This document shows positions 55,104 to 64,000 of a DNA stretch of 64,000 bases, one piece after another. A program made the translations under genes and the position numbers. Numbering within the stretch: position 1 is the first letter of the stretch; each line of letters begins with the position of its first letter. The notes beneath the pieces were generated by a model that saw only the letters and a program-made list of their open reading frames with translations, did not search any database and had not been told where the DNA came from. Source of the DNA: Acidobacteriota bacterium (GTDB lineage: Bacteria; Acidobacteriota; Aminicenantia; Aminicenantales; Saccharicenantaceae). The DNA lies in NCBI GenBank assembly GCA_039683095.1, contig JBDKSB010000012.1, positions 929,846 to 993,845 of the forward strand, written 5' to 3'.

Positions 55104-55311
55104 GGGCTCGCTCCTGTTGTCGCCGTCCGCGGGACGGCCGTTCGCCCGGCAGTATCCAACGAGTGGAGGCGCTCTGTCAACCCGGGCCGGCGGGGAGAAT
55201 AGTGGGGCGCCCGGGATCGGGATAAGCGCCGGGGAAGCCGGACCGGCGGAACGGGCCGGCGGCCGCGGTCAGGCCTTGGGCGGGCCGGGAGCGGACGACG
55301 GGCGAATAATT

Positions 55312-55393
55312 AAAAAAGTATCATTCCCGGCTTGTTATCAGGCGGGAAAATGGGAAACGGGTATCGTGTCCCCCATTTTAATCCCCCATTTTA
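55312..55393 (+). repeat. Composite repeat element, copy C (~80 bp), between the hybrid-kinase 3' end and the OsmC operon 5' end
   Basis: Reads aaaaaaGTATCATTCCCGGCttgttatcaggcGGGAAAATGGGAAACGGGTATCGTGTCCCCCATTTTAatCCCCCATTTTAgg. It aligns position by position with copy B and with the reverse complement of copy A. Confidence 0.7.
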
Positions 55394-56473
55394 GGCGGCG
55401 GGGGCCTCGCCGCCCGCGACCGGCAGGGCGACGAAGAATTCGACCCACTTGCCGGGCTGGCCCTCGACCCAGATGCGGCCCTTGTGCTTGTCGACGACCG
55501 TCTTGCAGATGTAAAGGCCAAGGCCCGAGCCTTTGACGCCCTCGGTGCCCTTCTGCTTCAGGCGCTCGAACCGCTTGAAGAGCCGGCCCTTGTCCTCCTC
55601 GGGGATGCCGACGCCTTCGTTGCGGACCGAGAAGACGATCTCGCCGCCCTTCCGCGCCAGGCGGAGCCGGACCGGCGTCCCTTCGGCGCCGTACTTGACG
55701 GCGTTGTTGACCAGGTTGTTGACCAGGATCTTCAGCAGGGCCGGGTCGCCGTCCACGACGGGATCGCCCTCGAACTCGGTCACGATCGGCATCTTCTTGA
55801 GGTTGTCCCGGAAGCCGGGCGTCTTCAGGGCCTCGGCGACGACCGCCGAGGCGAACGGGACGCGCTCCTTGAACGTCGCCAGCCCCTCGAGGTCCATCTT
55901 GGACAGGTCGATGTAGGTGCGGATGATGTCCTCGAGGTAGAGGCAGTTGCGGAGGATCGTCCCGACCATCTTCTCCTGTTCGGGCTCGAGCTTGCCGAAG
56001 TAGCCCCGGTAGAGGGTCTCGGCCGTCGTCTGGAGGGCCGCCAGCGGGCTCTTGAGCTCGTGGGAGACGATGGCCATCAGGTCGAGCATCTTGGCCCCGG
56101 CCGCGCTCTTCCGGGCCTCGAGGGCGTTGGCCACGACGTTGCGCATCTCCTCCGGCGTGAACGGCTTGGGGACGTAGTCGAACGCGCCGGCCTTGAGGGC
56201 CTCGCGGGCGGTGTCCACGCTGGAGTATCCGGTGAAGATGATGACCGTCGTGCCGGGCCGGTCCCGGCGCAGGGCCTTGAGGACCTCCATGCCGCCGAGA
56301 CCGGGCATCTTCAGGTCCGTGACGACGATGTCGTAGTCCTTGGCCATGGCCATGGCCAGCCCCTGATCCCCGGACGAAGCGGTGTCGATCTCGAAGCCGC
56401 TCCCGGCGAAGATCCGCCGCGAGCTCTTGAGGACGATGTCCTCGTCGTCTATGAACAGCAGTTTGGGTGCCAT
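55391..56473 (-). CDS. Hybrid response-regulator receiver / histidine kinase (REC-HisKA-HATPase)
   Basis: Start at MAPKLLFIDDEDIV (ATG 56473); the ORF-track N-extension is junk. REC domain with DIVVTDLKMPG, H-box VSHELKSPL and ATP-binding GSGLGLYICK. Confidence 0.85.
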   Translation of the reverse strand: MAPKLLFIDDEDIVLKSSRRIFAGSGFEIDTASSGDQGLAMAMAKDYDIVVTDLKMPGLGGMEVLKALRRDRPGTTVIIFTGYSSVDTAREALKAGAFDYVPKPFTPEEMRNVVANALEARKSAAGAKMLDLMAIVSHELKSPLAALQTTAETLYRGYFGKLEPEQEKMVGTILRNCLYLEDIIRTYIDLSKMDLEGLATFKERVPFASAVVAEALKTPGFRDNLKKMPIVTEFEGDPVVDGDPALLKILVNNLVNNAVKYGAEGTPVRLRLARKGGEIVFSVRNEGVGIPEEDKGRLFKRFERLKQKGTEGVKGSGLGLYICKTVVDKHKGRIWVEGQPGKWVEFFVALPVAGGEAPAA

Positions 56474-56499
56474 GGTGCCTTCTTCCCCCCGCCTCGGCG

Positions 56500-58422
56500 T
56501 TAGCGCGTCGGCAGCTTGATGATGAATTCCGTGCCCGCGCCGACCTTGCTGCGGACGTCGATCTGCCCGCCGTGCCGCTGAACGGCCCCGTAGACCATGG
56601 GCAGCCCCAGCCCCGTCCCCTGGCCCCGGTCCTTGGTCGTGAAGAACGGCTCGAAGATCTTGTTCAGGTTCTCCTCGCTGATGCCGGCGCCGGTGTCGGC
56701 CACCCGGATGACGGCCATGCCGGTCTCCGGCTCGAGCGACGTCGCGATGGTCAGCTGCCCGCCGTGGGGCATGGCGTCCGCGGCGTTGACGGCCAGGTTG
56801 TTGATGACGGCCCGGATCTCGGCGGGGTCGACGCTGACCCGGGGCAGGCTCGGGTCCAGCTCCTTGACGATCCGGATGTTCTGGAAGGTGACGTGCTTCT
56901 CCAGGATGCGCAGGCTGTCCACGATGAGGGCGTTGAGGTCGGACAGCGTCCGCTCGGACTTGCTGTCCCGGGCGAAATCGAGGATGCCCCGGACGATGCC
57001 CCGGCAGCGCAGGGTCTCGTCCCGGATGACCTTGAGGTCCTCCTCGTACGGCGTGCCCTTCATGTCCTCGAGGAGCAGGCTGCTGTAGGTCAGGACGCCG
57101 GTCAGGGGATTGTTGATCTCGTGGGCGATGCCCGAGGCCAGGCGTCCGATCGAGGCCAGCTTTTCGGACTTGAGGATGGTCCGGTCGGCCAGCTCGGTCA
57201 GCTGCCGGTCCCTCTCTTCGATGGCGTCGACCATGCCGTTGAAGGCCTGGGCCAGGGCCCGGGCATCCTCGTCGTCGTGCGGATCTGTCTCGATGCGGTG
57301 GTAGAAGCCCAGGGCCATCTCGGTCGAGGCGTCGATGATGCGCTTGACCGGCTTGGTGTAGAGGTTGATCAGGTAGCCGGCCAGGGCCAGGGCCAGGAGC
57401 GTCGAGACGAGCAGGACCAGGAGGTAGGCCATGGTCGTGTTCCGGACGACGACGTCGAACTTCTTCTTGAGGACGCCGACGTAGAGCATGCCCTGGGCCT
57501 TCTGGTCGAAGTCGAAGAGGGGCGTGTAGCCGGAGATGTACCAGTCGTTGACGACGAAGGCCTTGCCGACCCAGGCCGTCCTGTCCTCGAAGACCTTGCG
57601 GTAGACCTCCTCCGAGGCCTGCGTGCCGATGGCCCGCTTGCCGGCCGCGTCGACGACGTTGGTGGCCACCCGGATGTCGCCGAGGAAGATCGTGGTCGTC
57701 CCGGCGTCCTTGCCGTCGATCCGCTCGTCCTTGAACAGGAGGCGCTTGAAGCGGTCGACGAAGGCGGCGTTGTTGTTGAGCAGGACTGCCCCGTAGAGGA
57801 TGCCGGTCATGCGCGAGCCGTCCCGGATGGGCGCGGCGATCTTGATGACCAGGGCCCGGTTCTCGACGGTCGACGGCCGCGGCCGGCCGTGCGACGTCGG
57901 CACGACGGGGATGATGGTCCGGCGGGCCAGGTCCTCGCCCTCCCGGGCGATGGTCTCGTACTCGAGGACGCCCGTCCCGGCCACCAGGGTCCCGGTCCGG
58001 CGGACCTCCTGGATGGTCCGGTAGCCGCTCATGCTGTCGCCGAAGGATTCGAAGGCGTTGGCCCGGACGAGGATGGTCCCGTCCGCGTCGACGACGTTGA
58101 CGATGTCGAAGCCGAACTCCCGCTTGATCTGGACCAGCTTCTCGAACAGGAAGGCCCGGTCCCCGGCGGCCGAGGCCCGGATGAGCTCGGGCGTCTTGGC
58201 CATGGACTGGATGATCCGCGACCGGTTGTCGATCTCCTCGCGGTAGAGCTCGCTGGCCGAGGTCAGGCTGGCCCGCACGGTCGCGTAGGCGTCGCGGACG
58301 ACGTTGGTGTTGATGACATTCAGGCCGATGATGATCGACAGGACGCCGCTCAAGAGGACGATGCCGAGCAGGCTGAAGACCAGCTTGAACCGGATGTTCG
58401 AGCGGGCCAGCTGTTTGATCAT
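56500..58422 (-). CDS. Sensor histidine kinase with a periplasmic double-Cache-like domain, HAMP, HisKA and HATPase
   Basis: Two TM helices ([21 protein letters not shown] and [21 protein letters not shown]) flank a ~280-aa periplasmic domain. H-box IAHEINNPL and G-box GTGLGLPMV. The start overlaps the response-regulator stop as ATGA. Confidence 0.85.
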   Translation of the reverse strand: MIKQLARSNIRFKLVFSLLGIVLLSGVLSIIIGLNVINTNVVRDAYATVRASLTSASELYREEIDNRSRIIQSMAKTPELIRASAAGDRAFLFEKLVQIKREFGFDIVNVVDADGTILVRANAFESFGDSMSGYRTIQEVRRTGTLVAGTGVLEYETIAREGEDLARRTIIPVVPTSHGRPRPSTVENRALVIKIAAPIRDGSRMTGILYGAVLLNNNAAFVDRFKRLLFKDERIDGKDAGTTTIFLGDIRVATNVVDAAGKRAIGTQASEEVYRKVFEDRTAWVGKAFVVNDWYISGYTPLFDFDQKAQGMLYVGVLKKKFDVVVRNTTMAYLLVLLVSTLLALALAGYLINLYTKPVKRIIDASTEMALGFYHRIETDPHDDEDARALAQAFNGMVDAIEERDRQLTELADRTILKSEKLASIGRLASGIAHEINNPLTGVLTYSSLLLEDMKGTPYEEDLKVIRDETLRCRGIVRGILDFARDSKSERTLSDLNALIVDSLRILEKHVTFQNIRIVKELDPSLPRVSVDPAEIRAVINNLAVNAADAMPHGGQLTIATSLEPETGMAVIRVADTGAGISEENLNKIFEPFFTTKDRGQGTGLGLPMVYGAVQRHGGQIDVRSKVGAGTEFIIKLPTR

Positions 58423-58823
58423 CGCAGGGCGCGGCCGACCTTGGCCAGCAGCTCGTCAAGGTCGACCGGCTTGGTCAGGAACTCGTTGGTCCCGGGGAGG
58501 AACGAGTCCGCCTGGTCCATCGAGAAGCGCGAGTTGGTGACCTGGTCGATGGCCGTCAGGATGATGATCGGGATGTCGCGGAACTCCCGGTACTTCGACG
58601 CCTCGCGGCGGCTGCGGATGACGTCGGCCGCCTCGAAGCCGGCCGTGTCCGTCTCCATCATGACATCGAGGATGACCAGGTCGGGCCGCTCGGCCAGAAG
58701 GGCCTTGAGGCCGTCCGCGCCGCTGTAGGCCGCCGCCACGTCGTAGCCGTGGGCCCGCAGGACCTGGGCTAGGCTGGCCACGAGGTCCCGGTCGTCGTCG
58801 ACGACGAGGATCTTCTTGCTCAT
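58419..58823 (-). CDS. Single-domain response regulator (CheY-like receiver)
   Basis: Starts MSKKILVVDDDRDL, 134 aa, with phospho-acceptor Asp in LVILDVMME. Its ATG overlaps the hydrogenase small-subunit stop as ATGA. Confidence 0.85.
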   Translation of the reverse strand: MSKKILVVDDDRDLVASLAQVLRAHGYDVAAAYSGADGLKALLAERPDLVILDVMMETDTAGFEAADVIRSRREASKYREFRDIPIIILTAIDQVTNSRFSMDQADSFLPGTNEFLTKPVDLDELLAKVGRALR

Positions 58824-59350
58824 GTGTTCAAGACCTTGTAGATGACGTTCCGCTCTTCCCAGGCCTTGTTCCTCTCGTATATGTCGATCGGGAACTCGAC
58901 CTGCTTCATCTCCACGGGCGCGGCCTTCTTGTCGACCAGGCCGAGGGCCAGGGCGACGCCGTAGATGATGGCCTCCGGCCGCGGCGGGCAGCCGGGGATG
59001 TAATAGTTGACCGGGACGGCCTTGGCCCCGCCGCCGGCGACGTTGTAGGTGTCGAACCAGCAGCCGCCGCCCGTGGCGCAGGAGCCGATGCCGAAGACGA
59101 GCTTGGGCCCGGGCATGGCCGCGTAGGCCTTCTTGACCAGCGGCAGGGTTGGCCGGGTGACGGCGCCGGAGAGGAGCATGACGTCGGCGTGGCGGGGCGA
59201 CCCGACCAGCTTGATGCCGAACCGCTCGACGTCGTAGTACGGCGTCAGGACGTTCAGGATCTCGATGTCGCAGCCGTTGCAGGCGCCGCTGTTGCAGTGG
59301 TAGACCCAGAGGGAGCGGGGGAAGCACTTTTGGGCGATCTTGGCCAGCAT
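58820..59350 (-). CDS. [NiFe] hydrogenase small subunit, NuoB/HycG-like (group 4)
   Basis: Cluster ligands CNGC, GSCATGGG and GCPPRPE. 176 aa. Confidence 0.85.
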   Translation of the reverse strand: MLAKIAQKCFPRSLWVYHCNSGACNGCDIEILNVLTPYYDVERFGIKLVGSPRHADVMLLSGAVTRPTLPLVKKAYAAMPGPKLVFGIGSCATGGGCWFDTYNVAGGGAKAVPVNYYIPGCPPRPEAIIYGVALALGLVDKKAAPVEMKQVEFPIDIYERNKAWEERNVIYKVLNT

Positions 59351-59351
59351 G

Positions 59352-59897
59352 TCAGTCTCCTGTCGTCTCCGGCCGCTCGTAGCGCTCGGTCTTCTCGAGC
59401 TCCTTCGGCTGGAAGGTGTCGGTGGCCCGGCGCAGGACGGTCCGGGCCTCCAGGCTGTCGTAGCGGTAGCCCGTCAAGCCGAGCTTGTCGATGGCGTTGG
59501 CCGTTTCCATGTCGAAGCAGCGGCCGCAGCGCTGGCAGGTCAGCATGAACAGCTCCAGGCTCTCGGTGATGTCGCCGCGGTCGTTCGTCGCCTGCTCGAA
59601 GCGCGGGGTCATGGTGATGGCCTTCTCCGGGCAGACCTCGGCGCAGCGGCCGCAGTAGGTGCAGCGGGAGCCGTCGTAGAGAAGGACGCGGATCTCCTGG
59701 CAGAGGTCGCGGACCATGATCGTCCGGGCCGGGCAGTGGTTGGCGCAGCCGGCGCAGCCGACGCACTTGGCGTGGTCCCAGTGGGGGGCGCCGCGGAAGT
59801 TCTCCGGGGCCGGGCGGGGCGTGAAGGGGTACTTCAGCGTGACCACCCCCGGCTTGGCCACCATCAGGACCTGTTTGATCTTGCTTGCGAGCCACAT
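59352..59897 (-). CDS. 2x[4Fe-4S] ferredoxin subunit, HycF/NuoI-like
   Basis: Start at MWLASK (ATG 59897). Two CxxCxxCxxxCP motifs: CVGCAGCANHCP and CTYCGRCAEVCP. Confidence 0.85.
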   Translation of the reverse strand: MWLASKIKQVLMVAKPGVVTLKYPFTPRPAPENFRGAPHWDHAKCVGCAGCANHCPARTIMVRDLCQEIRVLLYDGSRCTYCGRCAEVCPEKAITMTPRFEQATNDRGDITESLELFMLTCQRCGRCFDMETANAIDKLGLTGYRYDSLEARTVLRRATDTFQPKELEKTERYERPETTGD

Positions 59898-59917
59898 GGC
59901 GTTTCTCCCCTGATCCC

Positions 59918-60820
59918 TCAGATTCCGGCCACCGCCAGCCCGACCGCGCCGAGCGAGACCAGGATCAGGAGGGCGTAGATCTTGACGGCCTGGTCGATCC
60001 GCAGGCGCGGGTTGGTCGAGCCGACCACGGCGATGAGGACGAAAACGGCGAGCGTGCCCAGCAGCTGGGTCAGGATGTCGCCGGCATAGGTGCCCGTCCG
60101 CAGGAAAGGCAGGAAGACGGCGACGAAGAGCCAGGCGTAGAACATCTGCTTCATCATCATGGCGTAGCGGAACAGGCCGTAGTCCGGCCCGCTGTACTCG
60201 ATGTACGGCCCCTCGAGGATCTCGATCTCGGCCTCTGGGATGTCGAACGGCTGCTTGGCCACGAAGGCCTGCAGGGCCGCCAGGTAGGCGGCCAGCATGA
60301 CCGCCGTGGCCACGCTGTAGCCCAGCCCGGCCGTGCCGAAGACGGCCGTCCCCAGGCCCAGGCTGTGGGTCCGGACCGCGCCGAGGATGAGGGTCATGGC
60401 CAGGACGGGCTCGATCATGACCATGGTCACCATCTCCCGGCTGGCGCCGATGGCCGCGAAAGTGTTGCGGCTGGCCAGGGCGCCGACGAGGACGGACACG
60501 CCGCCGAGCGTCAGGAGGTAGATGATCGTGATGGCGTCGACGCGGCCGCCCAGGGCGTTGACCTTCCCCCCGAAGGGGATGAGGGCGACGACGGCCAGGA
60601 TCGAGGCGAAGGCGGCCGGCGGGGCCAGCTTGAAGGCCCAGTTCCGGGCCGAGTTGATCCGCTCCTTGCCGAGGAGCTTGAACAGGTCGTAGTAGGGCTG
60701 GACGAGCGGCGGGCCCTGGCGGGACTGGACCCTGGCCGTGATCCTCCGCGTCACCCCTTCGAAGAGCGGGGCCAGCAGGAGGAACAGGAGGACGTTGATG
60801 AAGATGGCGATGATGCTCAT
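59918..60820 (-). CDS. Membrane subunit, NuoH/HycD/EchB-like
   Basis: Start at MSIIAIFINVLLFLLLAPLFEG (ATG 60820), 300 aa with 8 TM helices. The ORF-track 755-aa version is a frame fusion. Confidence 0.8.
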   Translation of the reverse strand: MSIIAIFINVLLFLLLAPLFEGVTRRITARVQSRQGPPLVQPYYDLFKLLGKERINSARNWAFKLAPPAAFASILAVVALIPFGGKVNALGGRVDAITIIYLLTLGGVSVLVGALASRNTFAAIGASREMVTMVMIEPVLAMTLILGAVRTHSLGLGTAVFGTAGLGYSVATAVMLAAYLAALQAFVAKQPFDIPEAEIEILEGPYIEYSGPDYGLFRYAMMMKQMFYAWLFVAVFLPFLRTGTYAGDILTQLLGTLAVFVLIAVVGSTNPRLRIDQAVKIYALLILVSLGAVGLAVAGI

Positions 60821-60822
60821 GG

Positions 60823-62505
60823 TCAGCTCCTCCCGGCCTCGGGCCCGCGCGACAGGGCCTCGAGCTCCGTCCGTCCGACGACGCGGCGGCGGCCCGACCC
60901 GGCGTCGATGACCGCGACCCGGTCCGTGCAGGAGAAGCAGGGATCGATCTGGCCCAGGATGATGGGGAAATCGGCGAACTGGTTGTTGAGGAGCATGGCC
61001 GGCACGGCCTGGAGGTTGGCGTACGTGGGGGCCCGGACGCGCCAGCGCTCGGGCCGGTTCTCCTCGCCGGTGATGACGTAATGGACCGCCTCGCCACGGG
61101 GCGCCTCGACCATGGACAGGCCGTGGCGGAGCGGCGGCAGGGCCTCGGGCGCCTCGGTCAGGAGCCTTCCCTCGGGCATCCCGGCCAGGGCCTGGCGCAG
61201 GATGGCGATGGACTCGAAGATCTCCAGGACGCGGACGAGGAGCGTGCCCCAGACGTCGCCCGAATCCGTGACCGGGACGTTGAAGGCCAGGTCGTCGTAG
61301 GCCGCGTAGGGATGGTCCCGGCGGACGTCGATGTCGAGGCCGCGGGCCCGGGCCACGGGCCCGACCAGGCTCCAGCGGGCGGCCTCGTCCTTCGACAGAT
61401 AGCCGACGCCCTTGGCCCGGCGGTGGATGGCGCTGTCGCCGATGATCGAGTTCTTGAGAACGAGGACCTCCTTCTCGAGCGCGGCCAGGACGCCCTCGAT
61501 CTCGGTCCGCATCTCCGGGGTGATGTCGCGGCGGACGCCGCCGACGACGATCATGCCGTAGGTCTTGCGGTTGCCCGTGATCCGCTCCGCGAGCCACATG
61601 ACCTTCTCCCGGACGCGCCAGGCCTGCATGAAGACCGTGTCGAAGCCGATGAGGTGGCCGGCGACGCCGAGCCAGAGGAGGTGGGAGTGGAGGCGCTCGA
61701 TCTCGAGCATGATCGTCCGGATGTACTCGGCCCGCCGCGAGATCTTGAGCCCGGCGGCCGCCTCGACGGCCTGGCTGTAGCAGCAGGCGTGGACGGAGCC
61801 GCAGATGCCGCAGATGCGCTCGGCGACGAAGGGGACCTCGTTGTAGCTGACCTGCGTCTGGCAGAGCTTCTCGATGCCGCGGTGGGTCATGAAGCCGCGG
61901 TAGTCGCAGCCCTTGATCGTCTCGCCGTCGACGTAGACCGCGAAGTGGGCCGGCTCGTGGAGGCTGACGTGGAACGGGCCTACGGGGACGACCGTCGTCC
62001 CCGGCGGCGCCTCGTCGAGCTGGTAGGCCGCGTCCTCGGCCGACGGCGGCTCGAGGTTGTACGGCACCTCCTTGCGGAGGGGATAGACTCCGGCCGGCCA
62101 GTCGTCGGCCAGGATGAGCTTCTTCGGCTTGGGATGGCCGGTGAACTTCAGGCCCAGCAGGTCCTGGTATTCGCGCTCGGTCCAACCGGCGCTGGGGATG
62201 TCGGGCGTGATGGATTCGAAGACCGGGTCGACGGCCGGGGCGGCGGTCCGCAGGACGACGGCGAAGCGGCCGGCGTCGAAGGCGAACAGGTGGATGAGCC
62301 CGAGCGTGCCGTTCCGGGCGATCTCGTCCCAGCCGACGCCGACCATGTAGCGGCCGCCGAGGTCGATGATGGCCCTGGCCGCGGGCCGCACGGCCCGGCG
62401 GTCGATGTCGACGAACAGGCGGCCCGGGGCCGGCGAGGCCAGGCCCTTGAGGTCCGGCCCGAGGCGGCTCCTGAGCTCTGTCTCGATCCTGGCGATGGCG
62501 TCCAT
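60823..62505 (-). CDS. [NiFe] hydrogenase large subunit fused to a NuoC-like N-domain (HycE/EchE-like)
   Basis: Start at MDAIARIETEL (ATG 62505, AGGAGAG upstream). N-terminal 30-kDa NuoC-like domain. Ni-binding RICGICGSVH and C-terminal DPCFSCTDR motifs. Confidence 0.85.
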   Translation of the reverse strand: MDAIARIETELRSRLGPDLKGLASPAPGRLFVDIDRRAVRPAARAIIDLGGRYMVGVGWDEIARNGTLGLIHLFAFDAGRFAVVLRTAAPAVDPVFESITPDIPSAGWTEREYQDLLGLKFTGHPKPKKLILADDWPAGVYPLRKEVPYNLEPPSAEDAAYQLDEAPPGTTVVPVGPFHVSLHEPAHFAVYVDGETIKGCDYRGFMTHRGIEKLCQTQVSYNEVPFVAERICGICGSVHACCYSQAVEAAAGLKISRRAEYIRTIMLEIERLHSHLLWLGVAGHLIGFDTVFMQAWRVREKVMWLAERITGNRKTYGMIVVGGVRRDITPEMRTEIEGVLAALEKEVLVLKNSIIGDSAIHRRAKGVGYLSKDEAARWSLVGPVARARGLDIDVRRDHPYAAYDDLAFNVPVTDSGDVWGTLLVRVLEIFESIAILRQALAGMPEGRLLTEAPEALPPLRHGLSMVEAPRGEAVHYVITGEENRPERWRVRAPTYANLQAVPAMLLNNQFADFPIILGQIDPCFSCTDRVAVIDAGSGRRRVVGRTELEALSRGPEAGRS

Positions 62506-62524
62506 ACGAATCTCTCCTGACTTG

Positions 62525-64000
62525 CTACTTGCCGCTCTTTCCGCCGGCGAACTTGAACAGGCCGCGCAGGCCCGCGAACATGCCCCGATCCGTGTACCGG
62601 TTGGCGTTGCCCAGGTCCTGGTAGCCGCAGAGCCAGGTCGGCGCCTCGACCTCCTTCGAGCCGCCCGCCCGCCGCAGCAGGACACCGAGGCCGAATCCCA
62701 GCCCGAGGACGAGCAGGACGGCGAGCGGCGCCGCGGCCGCGCCGAAGGGCAGGTCGCTGACCCCGGTCAGGCGGAGGCCCAGGGCCGAGGCCGACATCGG
62801 GCCGGCCGGCCGGGCGACGGCGTCGGCCAGGAAGAAGCCCTCGGACCGCCCCAGGGCGGCGAGGACGAGCTTGACCGACAGGACCGGAAAGAGCCCCTGG
62901 ACGAGGGCCACGGCCGCGAGGACGATCTTGGGCGCCAGCATCGAGGCCGGGACCTCGCGGATGGTCTTGCCGACGTTCCATTCCGAGCCGGCCGAGGTGA
63001 AGGCCATGCCGAAGAACTTGACATAGCAGGCCAGGGTGACGGCGCTCGTGAACAGGGCGATGATGCCGAAGAGGACCAGGGCGAAGGTCCCGTCGCCGGC
63101 CAGGAGCGTGCTCGAGATGATAGTCCACTTGCTGGAGAAGCCGCTGAAGGGCGGCATGCCGGAGATGGACAGCGAGGCGATCCCGGCGATGACGGCGCTC
63201 GCCGGCATGAGCGTGATGAGGCCGCCGAGCTTGTTGAGGTCCTTGGTCCCGGTGGCGTAAAGGATGCTGCCGCTCGTGAGGAACAGCAGTCCCTTGAAGA
63301 TGGCGTGGTTGAGGACGTGGAACAGGGCCCCGATGACCGCGGCCACGGCCAGGGCCCGCAGGACCGGGGTCCCTGTCGTCCCGAGGTAGAGGACGGCGCC
63401 GGCGGCCAGGACGATGTAGCCGATCTGGCCGATCGAGCTGTAGGCCAGGAGGCGCTTGGCGTCGCTCTGCTTCATCGACTGGATGGTGCCGATGAGGAGC
63501 GTCACGGCGCCGGTCGCGGCCACGATCAGGCCCCAGGTCCGGCCGTCGAAGGCAGCGTTGTCCTTCGGCGTCATGAACAGGAACGTCCGCATCAGCCCGT
63601 AGATCCCGGTCTTGAGCATGACGCCGCTCAGCAGGGCGCTGACGGGCGACGGGGCGATCGAGTGGGCGTCGGGAAGCCAGAGCTGGCCGAGGGGCCAGAC
63701 GCCGGCCTTCAGGCCGAAGCCGACGAGGAGGAAGGCGAAGAAGCCGAGGAGCGGCAGGCCGCCGGTCGCGCCGAGCTTGGCCGTGATCCCGGCCAGGGGC
63801 TCGCCGAACGAATGGCCGCGGGCGAAGAACGCCCCGGCGACGACGAGGAGCCAGGCCAGCTCCATGAGGGCCAGGTACTTCGCGGCGCTGCGCCGGTTCT
63901 CCGCCTTCCGGCGCTCGAAGCGGACCAGGAAGAACGAGGCGACGGTCATGATCTGCCAGGCCAGGGTGAAGCCCAGGCCCAGGTCGTCGACGGTGACCAG
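62525..64000 (-). CDS. Antiporter-like membrane subunit (NuoL/MnhA/HyfB family), 5'-truncated by the window edge
   Basis: The reading frame stays open beyond 63950. Multiple TM helices and the conserved WLPDAHSIAPSPVSALLSGVMLKTGIYG motif. Confidence 0.8.
   Translation of the reverse strand: MVTVDDLGLGFTLAWQIMTVASFFLVRFERRKAENRRSAAKYLALMELAWLLVVAGAFFARGHSFGEPLAGITAKLGATGGLPLLGFFAFLLVGFGLKAGVWPLGQLWLPDAHSIAPSPVSALLSGVMLKTGIYGLMRTFLFMTPKDNAAFDGRTWGLIVAATGAVTLLIGTIQSMKQSDAKRLLAYSSIGQIGYIVLAAGAVLYLGTTGTPVLRALAVAAVIGALFHVLNHAIFKGLLFLTSGSILYATGTKDLNKLGGLITLMPASAVIAGIASLSISGMPPFSGFSSKWTIISSTLLAGDGTFALVLFGIIALFTSAVTLACYVKFFGMAFTSAGSEWNVGKTIREVPASMLAPKIVLAAVALVQGLFPVLSVKLVLAALGRSEGFFLADAVARPAGPMSASALGLRLTGVSDLPFGAAAAPLAVLLVLGLGFGLGVLLRRAGGSKEVEAPTWLCGYQDLGNANRYTDRGMFAGLRGLFKFAGGKSGK

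Noticed and set aside
45086-55393. Interpretation of the repeat family as a CRISPR array
   Set aside because: The units are in mixed orientations and irregularly spaced (10 nt to 3 kb). They are interleaved with genes and not separated by unique spacers of uniform length, and no cas genes are present.

Overview
This is a ~70% GC bacterial chromosomal segment of about 53 genes, mostly on the minus strand. At this GC content the ORF track is full of long antisense or low-complexity artefacts (for example 36562-41964(+), 15111-18929(+), 45214-47775(-)), which I rejected. The ORF track also treats TTG and GTG as Met, so I re-derived many starts from signal peptides, Shine-Dalgarno (SD) sequences and ATGA overlaps.

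Gene content, in order:
- An ECF sigma / anti-sigma operon with an upstream secreted protein. It carries two near-identical sigmaW-type promoters: one drives the operon itself and one drives the next gene, a secreted M14-like protein that runs off the window start.
- glpK plus a lipase-like hydrolase, transcribed from a leaderless-type promoter.
- A small basic/acidic protein and an HExxH protein, convergent with a GMC oxidoreductase.
- An AT-rich promoter island in front of an operon encoding a tandem-HTH MerR regulator, a B12-binding radical SAM enzyme, an ABC-2 ATPase and permease, an MFS transporter and a GlsB/YeaQ protein.
- DUF4126, a large secreted glycoside hydrolase, and a membrane transglutaminase-like protein with a poly-Gly linker.
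- A YdbH-like / YdbL pair.
- A metallophosphoesterase-PQQ propeller fusion and a Tat-secreted FAD oxidoreductase.
- A TolC-MFP-RND efflux operon with overlapping starts, then RluA, EF-P and a large M14 peptidase.
- An arabinan/arabinose utilisation locus: GH51, a 3'-5' exonuclease, GH127, araB, araD, and a FucI-family isomerase in the araA position.
- An M28 peptidase, a Zn-ADH, and an OsmC / hypothetical / DUF2075 nuclease-helicase operon.
- A receiver-histidine-kinase hybrid, a dCache sensor kinase and a CheY-like response regulator, translationally coupled to a group-4 membrane-bound [NiFe] hydrogenase operon that runs off the window end.

The most striking sequence-level signal is a family of 25-35 bp A-tract/G5-stem/T-tract repeats (core AAAATGGGGGACAYGATACCYRTTTCC) built into ~70 bp two-part composite elements. 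They are confined to intergenic regions of the 45-55.4 kb arabinose-locus neighbourhood. One copy forms a perfect 24-bp-stem bidirectional terminator hairpin. No rRNA, tRNA, CRISPR array or transposase is visible.
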